Shown piece after piece: positions 9,450 through 18,400 of a stretch of DNA of 34,233 bases. The first letter of the stretch is position 1. Every line of letters begins with the position of its first letter. A program made the position numbers and the translations under genes. The notes under the pieces were generated by a model that was given only the letters and a program-made list of their open reading frames with translations, did no database searches and was not told where the DNA came from. Source of the stretch: an uncultured Anaerolineales bacterium (lineage in GTDB: Bacteria; Chloroflexota; Anaerolineae; CG2-30-64-16); NCBI GenBank assembly GCA_964566325.1, contig CAZMIS010000002.1:1-34233 (forward strand), written 5' to 3'.

Positions 9450-9469
9450 AATACGGTAATTATATATTT
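9450..9469 (+). promoter_or_regulatory. Predicted Cascade/psi-crRNA operator (AAT PAM plus 17-nt partial protospacer) over the predicted operon TSS
   Basis: AAT (9450-9452) is followed by ACGGTAATTATATATTT (9453-9469). This matches psiS positions 1-5, 7-11 and 13-17. Confidence 0.55.
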
Positions 9470-9554
9470 AAAAAAGGAGGGTTAAATAAAGAGCAACCAT
9501 CTTTGCAAGCCGTTCAACATCGTCATCAAATCAGATTTGACGAAAGGAGGAAAT

Positions 9555-11132
9555 TTGTCAAAACAATATTCGTTCAATTTGCTGGCTGAACCCTGGATCC
9601 CGGTAGTGGATCATGGCGGCGCCGCCCGGCTTATCTCTTTGCGCGAAGCACTGGTGAATGCCCCAGCCTACCGCACCCTGAGCGCCAGCCTGCCCCATGC
9701 CAGCGCGGCAGTTTTACGCCTGCTGCTGGCGGTGCTGCACCGCAACTTCGGCCCGGCCGACACCCCAGATTGGGAAAAAATCTGGAATGCTGGCTGCTTC
9801 AACCCGGCTGCGCTGGAGGCTTATTTCACCCGCTGGCAGGATCGCTTTGATCTGTTCGATGAAACGCACCCGTTTTTCCAGCAGCGCCACCCACTGGTGG
9901 AAGAAAAACCCGCTCAGGCGCTGCTTCAGGCCGTTGGCGGCGGCGACACCTTCACCCTGTTTGACCACGTGATGGATGCCACCCCCTTCAGCCTGACCCC
10001 CGCGGAGGCCGCCCTGCTGCTGGTGACCACCCAGGCTTTCGCCCTGGCCGGCCTCTGCCATCCTCAGCTCAAGCTGGTGTATACCGATGCGCCCTGCAGC
10101 CGGGCAGTGGTGTTCTTTGTGGAGGGGAAAAACCTCTTTGAAACCCTCATGTACAACCTGGTGCGCTATAACCGGGCGGAACCCTTCCCCTGGAATGCTC
10201 AAACTGGCGACCGCGCTTTTTGGGAAGCAGAGGGTGATCCTTATAAGCCGGACCGCACCATTCCGCTGGGATACCTCGATTACCTGACCTGGCCCAACCG
10301 CCGCCTCAGGCTGATCCCTGAAGAACACAATGGTCAGGTGCGGGTCACCCGCATCACCACCGCCCCCGGGTTGCTGCTCGATGCCGCCCTGCATAACCCG
10401 ATGCACCATTACCGCATTGATCCGGGTAAAAAGGCTGGCGAGGAAATCTATAAGGTCCTGCGCTTCAGTGAAGGCCGCGCCCTCTGGCGCGACAGCAATG
10501 CCCTGCTCGATTTACGCGGACAGAACCGTGAAATTCCTCGCGCCATTCGCTGGGTGGGCGAGCTGGTCAATGAGGGCATTCTCCCATCTGGCGGCAGAAT
10601 GCAGTTGGCCGCCTACGGCATGTGCACCGAACCCGGCAAACAGAAGGTCTATTTTTACCGCCGCGAAGGTTTTGAAATTGCCCCGGCTTTGCTAAAAGAC
10701 GAACTGTTGATCGAAAAACTGGATACGGCTTTAAAGCATGCCAGGGACCTGGGCGACTCTTTGCGTTTCGTGATCAGAGAATTGGCTGCCTGGATTGTCG
10801 CATTAGATGCAAATCAGGAAACAATTCAAAAAAGCGCTGCCAAAAAAGATGACGATGTATCCAAGTTGATGGCGCACTGGAATGCAGAGGGTCTCTTTTG
10901 GAACAACCTTGAAGTGCCTTTCTACAGTTTTCTGCACCGCCTTCCGGATGATTCCCGCGGAGCTGAGGATAACTGGAACGAGGCCTTGGAACGTGCCTTT
11001 AGAGGCGCTTATAACCAGACTGTAGAGAACCTGGGTGATGATCTCAAAGCTTTAAAAGCGGCGGCTTACACCCGGGGCCGGCTCAATTACAGCCTCAAAA
11101 AAGTGCTGGGTGAAAAACCCGTGGAGGATTAG
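9555..11132 (+). CDS. cas8e: Cas8e/Cse1 (CasA), Cascade large subunit
   Basis: The N-terminus SKQYSFNLLAEPWIPV matches the conserved Cse1 start (FNLL.EPWIPV). AGGAGG (9545-9550) lies 4 nt before TTG 9555. The TTG 9537 in the ORF track would place that SD inside the gene. Confidence 0.9.
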   Translation: MSKQYSFNLLAEPWIPVVDHGGAARLISLREALVNAPAYRTLSASLPHASAAVLRLLLAVLHRNFGPADTPDWEKIWNAGCFNPAALEAYFTRWQDRFDLFDETHPFFQQRHPLVEEKPAQALLQAVGGGDTFTLFDHVMDATPFSLTPAEAALLLVTTQAFALAGLCHPQLKLVYTDAPCSRAVVFFVEGKNLFETLMYNLVRYNRAEPFPWNAQTGDRAFWEAEGDPYKPDRTIPLGYLDYLTWPNRRLRLIPEEHNGQVRVTRITTAPGLLLDAALHNPMHHYRIDPGKKAGEEIYKVLRFSEGRALWRDSNALLDLRGQNREIPRAIRWVGELVNEGILPSGGRMQLAAYGMCTEPGKQKVYFYRREGFEIAPALLKDELLIEKLDTALKHARDLGDSLRFVIRELAAWIVALDANQETIQKSAAKKDDDVSKLMAHWNAEGLFWNNLEVPFYSFLHRLPDDSRGAEDNWNEALERAFRGAYNQTVENLGDDLKALKAAAYTRGRLNYSLKKVLGEKPVED

Positions 11133-11133
11133 A

Positions 11134-11700
11134 ATGGCTTTACTCTCTAACGAACAAAATGCGTTTATCAGTTACCTGACCAGCCTGGCCAGGGCTGATG
11201 ACCGCGGCGCGCTGGCGGTTTTGCGGCGCGGGCTTTCGGGCAACCCGGCTGATGATCTCAACCTTTGCCGGTTTGTGTCTCCCCGCCTGCCTGATGAAGA
11301 CCGCGCAGCCGGCTGCGAGCCCATCTATTACCTGACGGCAGCGTTGTTTGCTCTGCACCCTTCAGAAAACCAGCAGGGCAATTTGGGCGCTCATCTGAAA
11401 CAGGCGGCCGGCCAGCGCAACGACTCTGACGCCGCCGAGCGGCGCTTCACGGCTCTGTTGAACACCCGCCGCGATGATCTCGACAAACCCCTGCGCCGTG
11501 CGGTGATGATGTTAAAACAGCAGGAAATTCCCGTGAACTGGCGTCAGTTGTTTTCTGACCTGCTGCTTTGGGATCACCCCAAAAAGCTCACCCAGCGCGC
11601 CTGGGCCAACAGTTTTTGGAGCTACGAACGCCCCATAGATACCTCAACTGCTGGCCAGCCTGGCCAGACCGAAGAAACCTTCCCTGAAGAAAACCAATAG
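11134..11700 (+). CDS. cse2: Cse2/Cas11 (CasB), Cascade small subunit
   Basis: Position between cse1 and cas7e, about 188 aa, with a LAVLRRGL-type motif. GGAGGA lies upstream of ATG 11134, which sits 1 nt after the cas8e stop. Confidence 0.85.
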   Translation: MALLSNEQNAFISYLTSLARADDRGALAVLRRGLSGNPADDLNLCRFVSPRLPDEDRAAGCEPIYYLTAALFALHPSENQQGNLGAHLKQAAGQRNDSDAAERRFTALLNTRRDDLDKPLRRAVMMLKQQEIPVNWRQLFSDLLLWDHPKKLTQRAWANSFWSYERPIDTSTAGQPGQTEETFPEENQ

Positions 11701-11711
11701 GAGAAAATACC

Positions 11712-12809
11712 ATGTTTATTGAACTGCATATCATCCAGAATTTCGCCCCTTCCAACTTGAACCGCGATGACACCAACACCCCCAAGGACTGTGAATTTGG
11801 CGGCGTGCGCCGCGCGCGCATTTCATCGCAGTGCTTTAAACGCGCTGTGCGCCATCACCCGGTTTTTGCCGCCACCACCGGCGTGCCGCTCAGCCACCGT
11901 TCCAACATGATGAAAGCCGAGCTGGTCCGGCGCCTGACGGCCGGCGGACTGGGCGAGGCCGAAGCGGCCGCGCGGGCTGAAGAATTCGCCAAGTGGTACA
12001 GCAGCAAAGCAGGAAAGATGGATAAGAATAAAACGCTGACCCTGATTTTTCTGAGCGAGGCGGAATTCCAGAGCGCCTTTGATTTCCTGCGCGAACATGA
12101 AGCAGCGGCCGAAATCAAGGCTTTTGCCGAAGAGATGGCCAAAACCACCAAAAACCGCCCCGGTGCGCCGGATATCGCCCTCTTTGGGCGTATGCTGGCC
12201 GACCGCCCCGAAACCAATATTGACGCCGCCTGCCAGGTGGCCCACGCCATTTCTACCCACGCCGTGAACATGGATATGGATTTCTTCACTGCCGTGGATG
12301 ATTTGCAGCAAAAACAGGAAAACCCCGAAACCGGTGCCGGCATGATGGGCCTGGGCGGGTTCAATTCAGCCTGTTTCTACCGCTATGCCTGCATTGATTT
12401 TGATCAGCTTTTGACCAGCCTGAAGGGCGATACCGCTCTGGCGGTTCGCACGGTGGAGGCCTTTTTGCGCGCCAGCGTGAAAGCCGTGCCCACCGGCAAA
12501 CAGAACAGCAGTGCGGCTCAAAACCCGCCCTCTTTCCTGATGACCGTGGTGCGCCGCGATGGCAGCGCCTGGTCGCTGGCCAACGCCTTCGAAAAACCGG
12601 TTTCCCCCAACGGGCAGGGTCTGGTCCATTCATCCGTGAAAGCCCTGGATGCCTATTGGGGCCGCCTGACCAGTTTCTACGGCGGCGATGCGCAGCCGGT
12701 GGTGGCGGTTCTCGATGACGATGCGCCGCTGACGGCCCTGAAGCCTGCCTGTGTGGCCTCTCTGGAAGACTGGATCAAGGAGACTTTGAATCTGGTTTCA
12801 CAAGGGTGA
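11712..12809 (+). CDS. cas7: Cas7e (CasC), Cascade backbone subunit
   Basis: The N-terminus MFIELHIIQNFAPSNLNRDDTNTPK...FGGVRRARISSQ is characteristic of Cas7e. A GGAGA SD is present. Confidence 0.93.
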   Translation: MFIELHIIQNFAPSNLNRDDTNTPKDCEFGGVRRARISSQCFKRAVRHHPVFAATTGVPLSHRSNMMKAELVRRLTAGGLGEAEAAARAEEFAKWYSSKAGKMDKNKTLTLIFLSEAEFQSAFDFLREHEAAAEIKAFAEEMAKTTKNRPGAPDIALFGRMLADRPETNIDAACQVAHAISTHAVNMDMDFFTAVDDLQQKQENPETGAGMMGLGGFNSACFYRYACIDFDQLLTSLKGDTALAVRTVEAFLRASVKAVPTGKQNSSAAQNPPSFLMTVVRRDGSAWSLANAFEKPVSPNGQGLVHSSVKALDAYWGRLTSFYGGDAQPVVAVLDDDAPLTALKPACVASLEDWIKETLNLVSQG

Positions 12810-12813
12810 TGCC

Positions 12814-13479
12814 ATGGATACACTGCTTTTACGCCTGATTGCTCCCCAGCAATCATGGGGAGTGCAGAGCCACTATACCATTCGCGACAGCGGCAAAGAG
12901 CCTTCCAAAAGCGGGGTCATTGGCCTGCTTTGCGCCGCCCTGGGGCGGCCGCGGGAGGCTGATGTGGCGGATCTGGCTGCCCTGCGCATGGGGGTGCGGG
13001 TGGACCGTGAGGGGACTCTGCGCAGCGACTACCACATTGCCCAAAATGTGCTTGACTCAGACGGCAAGGGAACCCGCGATAGCATTGTGACCAACCGCTA
13101 TTACCTGGCTGATGCCGCCTTCCTGGTGGGGCTGCAGGGTGATTTTGCCCTGCTCCAGCTGCTGCAGGAGGCGCTGCGCCATCCCGTCTGGGCCATTTAC
13201 CTGGGGCGCAAAGCCTTCACCCCGGCGGCCCCGGTCTGGCTGCCAGACGGTCTGCAAGCCGGGCTGGGCCTTGAAGATGCGCTGTGCCGTTATGGATGGA
13301 TCACACGGCGCCATGCCGCAGCTGATCCTGCCGGGGTGCGGGTGGTGCTGGAAATGGACGACGGTATGCAGGTGCGCCAGGATGTCCCCATCTCGTTTGC
13401 GGCGCGCCGTTTTTCCAGCCGGCGCGTCAGCACACGGCTGGTGCCTGCCCCATCAGCCCTGGCCATGGAGGTGATCTGA
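12814..13479 (+). CDS. cas5: Cas5e (CasD)
   Basis: The N-terminus LLLRLIAPQQSWG is typical of Cas5e. Gene order and size also fit. Confidence 0.9.
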   Translation: MDTLLLRLIAPQQSWGVQSHYTIRDSGKEPSKSGVIGLLCAALGRPREADVADLAALRMGVRVDREGTLRSDYHIAQNVLDSDGKGTRDSIVTNRYYLADAAFLVGLQGDFALLQLLQEALRHPVWAIYLGRKAFTPAAPVWLPDGLQAGLGLEDALCRYGWITRRHAAADPAGVRVVLEMDDGMQVRQDVPISFAARRFSSRRVSTRLVPAPSALAMEVI

Positions 13480-14114
13480 TGTACCTTTCACAACTCATCT
13501 TAAACCCGGGCAACAGGCTGGTGCTGGCAGACCTTTCCAACCCTTACCAGATGCACCGCACGGTGATGAGCGGCTTTCCGCAGAACCTGCCGCAAGATGA
13601 ACGCGTGCTGTTCAGGGTTGAATTGCAGCGTCAGGCGCCGGTGGCCCGGGTGCTGGTGCAATCTCATACCTCCCCCCGCTGGGATCACCTGCTTGAAAAA
13701 GGCTATTTGCAGCTTGCGGCTGAAGTCAAAGAAATCGCTTTCAGCCCCGCTGAAGGGCAGGTGTTCCGCTTCAGGCTGCTGGCCAACCCCACCAAACGCC
13801 TGCGCGCCGATGGCAAGGAAGACGGCCCGCGGGTGGGCCTGTTTCGTGAGCACGATCAGCAGGCCTGGCTTCAGCGCAAAGGTGAATTGCACGGCTTCAA
13901 GGTTCTGGAGGTCACGATTAGCAAAACGGTCCAGCCAGACGGCTGGAAGGTGACCGGCAGCGGGCAAAAGCACCGCCTGCGCCAGGTTGGGGCGCGTTTT
14001 GACGGCCGGCTGCAGGTGACGGACGCGCAGGCCTTCCTGCGGGCCTGGCTGGATGGCATTGGCAGCGGCAAAGGGCTGGGGTTTGGCCTGCTTTCGCTGG
14101 CGCCCGGCGCATAA
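13479..14114 (+). CDS. cas6e: Cas6e (CasE), pre-crRNA endoribonuclease
   Basis: MYLSQLILNP start and a glycine-rich C-terminus GIGSGKGLGFGLLSLAP. A TGATG overlap couples it to cas5. Confidence 0.9.
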   Translation: MYLSQLILNPGNRLVLADLSNPYQMHRTVMSGFPQNLPQDERVLFRVELQRQAPVARVLVQSHTSPRWDHLLEKGYLQLAAEVKEIAFSPAEGQVFRFRLLANPTKRLRADGKEDGPRVGLFREHDQQAWLQRKGELHGFKVLEVTISKTVQPDGWKVTGSGQKHRLRQVGARFDGRLQVTDAQAFLRAWLDGIGSGKGLGFGLLSLAPGA

Positions 14115-14185
14115 ATCAATTTCAAACCGGCGCGGGTGTTTTTCGCGCCTGCGCCGGTGCGTTCAATTAAATAAGGGGTGAAAAA

Positions 14186-15070
14186 ATGTCTTCAGAACTT
14201 TACGAATTGCCGCTGCTGCGCGACAGCCTTTCTTACTGCTATGTGGAACACGCCATTATTGACCGCAAAGACAGCGCCATCGAATACATCCGTCAGGATG
14301 GCCGGGTGCTGGTGCCGGTGGCGGCGCTCAGTGTGCTGATGCTGGGGCCTGGCACCAGCATTTCGCACGCAGCTATCAAGGTGCTGGCCGAAAACGGCTG
14401 CACGGTGCTGTGGGCAGGCGAAGGCGTCACGCACTGCTATGCTCAGGGACTCGGCGAAACCCGCAAAGCCTATCATCTGCTGCGCCAGGCTGAACTGCTG
14501 TGCCATCCAGAAACCCATGAAAAGGTGGTGCGGCGCATGTATCTGCGCCGTTTTCCTGAGGGTGTGCCCGAAGGCTGCAGCCTGATTCAGCTGCGGGGGC
14601 TGGAAGGCGCGCGTGTCAAGGCGGCCTATGCAGAAACGGCGCACAAATTCGGCGTGCGCTGGAGCGGCCGCCAGTATAACCGCGGCGATTGGAACGACGC
14701 CGACCCGCTGAACCGGGCCCTTTCAGCTGCCAATGCCCTTCTCAACGGCATCTGCCATGCGGCCATCATTTCGGGCGGTTATTCGCCTGCCCTGGGCTTC
14801 ATCCACACCGGCCGCCAGCTTTCCTTTGTATATGATATTGCCGACCTTTACAAGGCTGAATTCACCATTCCGGCGGCGTTTGAAGCTTTTGCCGCGGGCG
14901 AAAAAGGCGCCGAAAGCCGTACCCGCGCGCTGTGCCGCGAGCGCTTCAGGGAGGGCAAATTGCTGCAGCGCATTTTGCCCGATATTGACCAGATTCTTGA
15001 AATCAGCGTTCCCTCAGAAAGCATGCAGGGAGAAGACCCGGCCTCTGAACTGTGGGAAGAGCTTAACTGA
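14186..15070 (+). CDS. cas1: Cas1, type I-E integrase
   Basis: 294 aa, with a Cas1e-like N-terminus (LPLLRDSLSYCYVEHAIIDRKDSAI) and a position upstream of cas2. Confidence 0.93.
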   Translation: MSSELYELPLLRDSLSYCYVEHAIIDRKDSAIEYIRQDGRVLVPVAALSVLMLGPGTSISHAAIKVLAENGCTVLWAGEGVTHCYAQGLGETRKAYHLLRQAELLCHPETHEKVVRRMYLRRFPEGVPEGCSLIQLRGLEGARVKAAYAETAHKFGVRWSGRQYNRGDWNDADPLNRALSAANALLNGICHAAIISGGYSPALGFIHTGRQLSFVYDIADLYKAEFTIPAAFEAFAAGEKGAESRTRALCRERFREGKLLQRILPDIDQILEISVPSESMQGEDPASELWEELN

Positions 15071-15082
15071 AAGGGGGGCAGA

Positions 15083-15409
15083 ATGGTGGTGATCATTCTT
15101 GAAAACATTCCGGTTTCACTGCGCGGAGAATTGACCCGCTGGATGATTGAACCGCGCACGGGGGTTTTTGTGGGGCATCTTTCGGCGCGGGTGCGCGATA
15201 AATTGTGGGAAAAATGCCTGGCGCGCTGCCAGGATGGCGGGGTGGTGCAGCTTTGGAGCACCAACACCGAGCAGCATTTTGCCCTGCGTATGGCTGGTGA
15301 TACCAGCCGGCTGCTTGAACTGAACGAGGGTTTGCAGCTGATTAAAATTCCCGGTGAAAATCCTAAAGCGGCGCGGTTGAAAAGAAGCCGCGCCGGCCGG
15401 CCAGAATGA
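15083..15409 (+). CDS. cas2: Cas2, type I-E
   Basis: 108 aa. MVVIILENIPVSLRGELTRWMIEPRTGVFVG matches the Cas2e pattern. It lies directly upstream of the leader. Confidence 0.9.
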   Translation: MVVIILENIPVSLRGELTRWMIEPRTGVFVGHLSARVRDKLWEKCLARCQDGGVVQLWSTNTEQHFALRMAGDTSRLLELNEGLQLIKIPGENPKAARLKRSRAGRPE

Positions 15410-15497
15410 AGGTATAATTAACGGCAGAGCGAGGCTGGCCCCCATTACCCCCCCCACCGGTGGGGGAATGGGGGCTGAAAAAACCGGCAGATATAGT
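15410..15497 (+). promoter_or_regulatory. CRISPR leader with candidate -10 box and a G/C palindrome
   Basis: 88 bp between the cas2 stop and repeat 1. TATAAT sits at 15413-15418. An imperfect palindrome, CCCCCATTACCCCCCCCACCGGTGGGGGAATGGGGG, sits at 15439-15474. Confidence 0.7.
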
Positions 15498-18400
15498 GTT
15501 GTCCCCACGCATGTGGGGGTGAACCGCACATCTCCCCACCTTGTGAAACGCGCGTTTAGTTGTCCCCACGCATGTGGGGGTGAACCGGTAGAGTGCCTCG
15601 CCCGTTGCGCCGTGGTCGAGTTGTCCCCACGCATGTGGGGGTGAACCTAAAGCTGGATGACCTGGGTACACCTGACGATAGTTGTCCCCACGCATGTGGG
15701 GGTGAACCTCCACACGCTCAGAGTGTTGTCATAAATCAGCAGTTGTCCCCACGCATGTGGGGGTGAACCTGAGGCAAAAGGTCTGGGCGCGATCCTAAAA
15801 ACGTTGTCCCCACGCATGTGGGGGTGAACCTAACATAGTTGGCTTTGAGACTGAGGCCAATCCGTTGTCCCCACGCATGTGGGGGTGAACCTTCAGATAG
15901 CCATTACAATCTTTCTGAATACGCGTTGTCCCCACGCATGTGGGGGTGAACCCGTAAGCTCGCCCGCCTGTAAGCCGCCCGTGACGTTGTCCCCACGCAT
16001 GTGGGGGTGAACCTGCCACCGTCTGCGGCGGTTCCTTCCACCCACGGTTGTCCCCACGCATGTGGGGGTGAACCTGTTATGGCTCAAACAGCTAAACATC
16101 GACCTCAGTTGTCCCCACGCATGTGGGGGTGAACCTCAAACCCGTGCCTTCGTTGGCGCACCGGCTCAGTTGTCCCCACGCATGTGGGGGTGAACCGATA
16201 CGCATACCCCAGTTTTCAGCGAAAGCCATGTTGTCCCCACGCATGTGGGGGTGAACCTTTGGCTTCTCGTCTATCCCACCGGCGATCAAGCGTTGTCCCC
16301 ACGCATGTGGGGGTGAACCGATTGGCCGCTTCGTTGTGAAAGCGAGGCGCAACCGTTGTCCCCACGCATGTGGGGGTGAACCTATGGCGGCTTCACGGTT
16401 GAGAAGTGGCCGGCAGTTGTCCCCACGCATGTGGGGGTGAACCGTGTTGGAGCAGGAAAGGGATACCCTTTTGGACCGTTGTCCCCACGCATGTGGGGGT
16501 GAACCGTCCCAATGGCCAGCGGGTGATGGTTTTGCGTCCGTTGTCCCCACGCATGTGGGGGTGAACCGTTTCACCGTGACATTCTGCCAGTTCATTTCTC
16601 GTTGTCCCCACGCATGTGGGGGTGAACCGCACGCCTGCCATCCGCCGCAACCTCAAGGCATTCGTTGTCCCCACGCATGTGGGGGTGAACCTGGTATGGA
16701 ACGAAAAACTCCACGCGCAACCAAGTTGTCCCCACGCATGTGGGGGTGAACCGGAGTACCTGCCCGTCCGCCCCTGCCGTGATGGTGTTGTCCCCACGCA
16801 TGTGGGGGTGAACCTCACGCCTCCAGCAAAAAGCACCGGGATACCCGTTGTCCCCACGCATGTGGGGGTGAACCGATGACAGAACGTAATCAGAGCCGCT
16901 TGTGGTGGTTGTCCCCACGCATGTGGGGGTGAACCGCGCCCCCATGATGGCGCGGCCCTGGATCGCCCGTTGTCCCCACGCATGTGGGGGTGAACCGTCG
17001 TAAGCCCACAGGTGAAAGCCCGCCATGCTGTTGTCCCCACGCATGTGGGGGTGAACCGTCCGACCCGTTCGCTCTCTCCTGATACACAGGGTTGTCCCCA
17101 CGCATGTGGGGGTGAACCGAACCGCGGTGCGCTTCAGGTTTGTTTTGCCGCGTTGTCCCCACGCATGTGGGGGTGAACCTGACCCTGTGACCGTTGCGGA
17201 GCTGCTTTCGTTGTTGTCCCCACGCATGTGGGGGTGAACCTCACTTTGAGCAGGATTTCAGGCATGACGGTCTGTTGTCCCCACGCATGTGGGGGTGAAC
17301 CGATGATGGCGTTGAAATTATGGTCTGTGAGCCTGTTGTCCCCACGCATGTGGGGGTGAACCGAGCGCAACCGGTGGAACTGACCAGACTGACCAGTTGT
17401 CCCCACGCATGTGGGGGTGAACCTAGAGGACATGGGCGACCGCCTGACCCGCTTTGAGTTGTCCCCACGCATGTGGGGGTGAACCTCCATCGTTGTCGAG
17501 GACAGCGCCCCGCTCGATGTTGTCCCCACGCATGTGGGGGTGAACCTGGCGCTGTCCTCTTCCGTGTGCGTGGTGTCTAGTTGTCCCCACGCATGTGGGG
17601 GTGAACCTAAAAACAGCCCTGCTTTCTGTTGCATCGTGGCGTTGTCCCCACGCATGTGGGGGTGAACCGGGTGGAACCCCATGCGACAAATCGCGGCATC
17701 GTTGTCCCCACGCATGTGGGGGTGAACCTCGCAGGGCGGCCTGCCTGAAATCGTGGCAACCGTTGTCCCCACGCATGTGGGGGTGAACCGTACAATTTCT
17801 GTCGATGAACCGGCAATCATCAGTTGTCCCCACGCATGTGGGGGTGAACCTATGCGTGTGACAACCACATAAAAAATCTTGCAGTTGTCCCCACGCATGT
17901 GGGGGTGAACCTCACACCCGACACATCCGCACCCGCAAACACGGGTTGTCCCCACGCATGTGGGGGTGAACCTAAGCGTTAGCTAGAGCGCTCATGTCAG
18001 GATCAGTTGTCCCCACGCATGTGGGGGTGAACCTGTCACCAAACCTTGAGCTTCTTTGCTGGTGGCGTTGTCCCCACGCATGTGGGGGTGAACCTACTTT
18101 GAGCGCCCTTGTGTAGAAAGGTCTAACAGTTGTCCCCACGCATGTGGGGGTGAACCGCATCAAGGAACTGCCAGACGATGACGAGATAGGTTGTCCCCAC
18201 GCATGTGGGGGTGAACCGGGGATGGTTCTGGAACGGACAAAACAAACCTCGTTGTCCCCACGCATGTGGGGGTGAACCGCGCGTGATAATAACGAGAAAT
18301 GGCGGCTGGCGGTTGTCCCCACGCATGTGGGGGTGAACCTTCGTGACCGGAACCGGCGACGGCGACCCTGACGTTGTCCCCACGCATGTGGGGGTGAACC

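Noticed and set aside
9225-9485. Small ORF in the cas3-cas8e gap. An internal ATG at 9276 follows a strong AGGAGAG SD, which raised the idea of a CreT-like toxin or a small protein.
   Set aside because: The frame runs straight through the psi-repeats and the intrinsic terminator at 9353-9384. The peptide is low-complexity with no recognisable motif. If transcription starts just after the TATAAT box, the SD would sit at the extreme 5' end of the RNA. I kept it as a caveat and did not call it as a CDS.
9537-9554. TTG 9537 as the cas8e start, as given in the ORF track.
   Set aside because: The AGGAGG SD at 9545-9550 would lie inside the gene. TTG 9555 gives a canonical Cse1 N-terminus and proper SD spacing.
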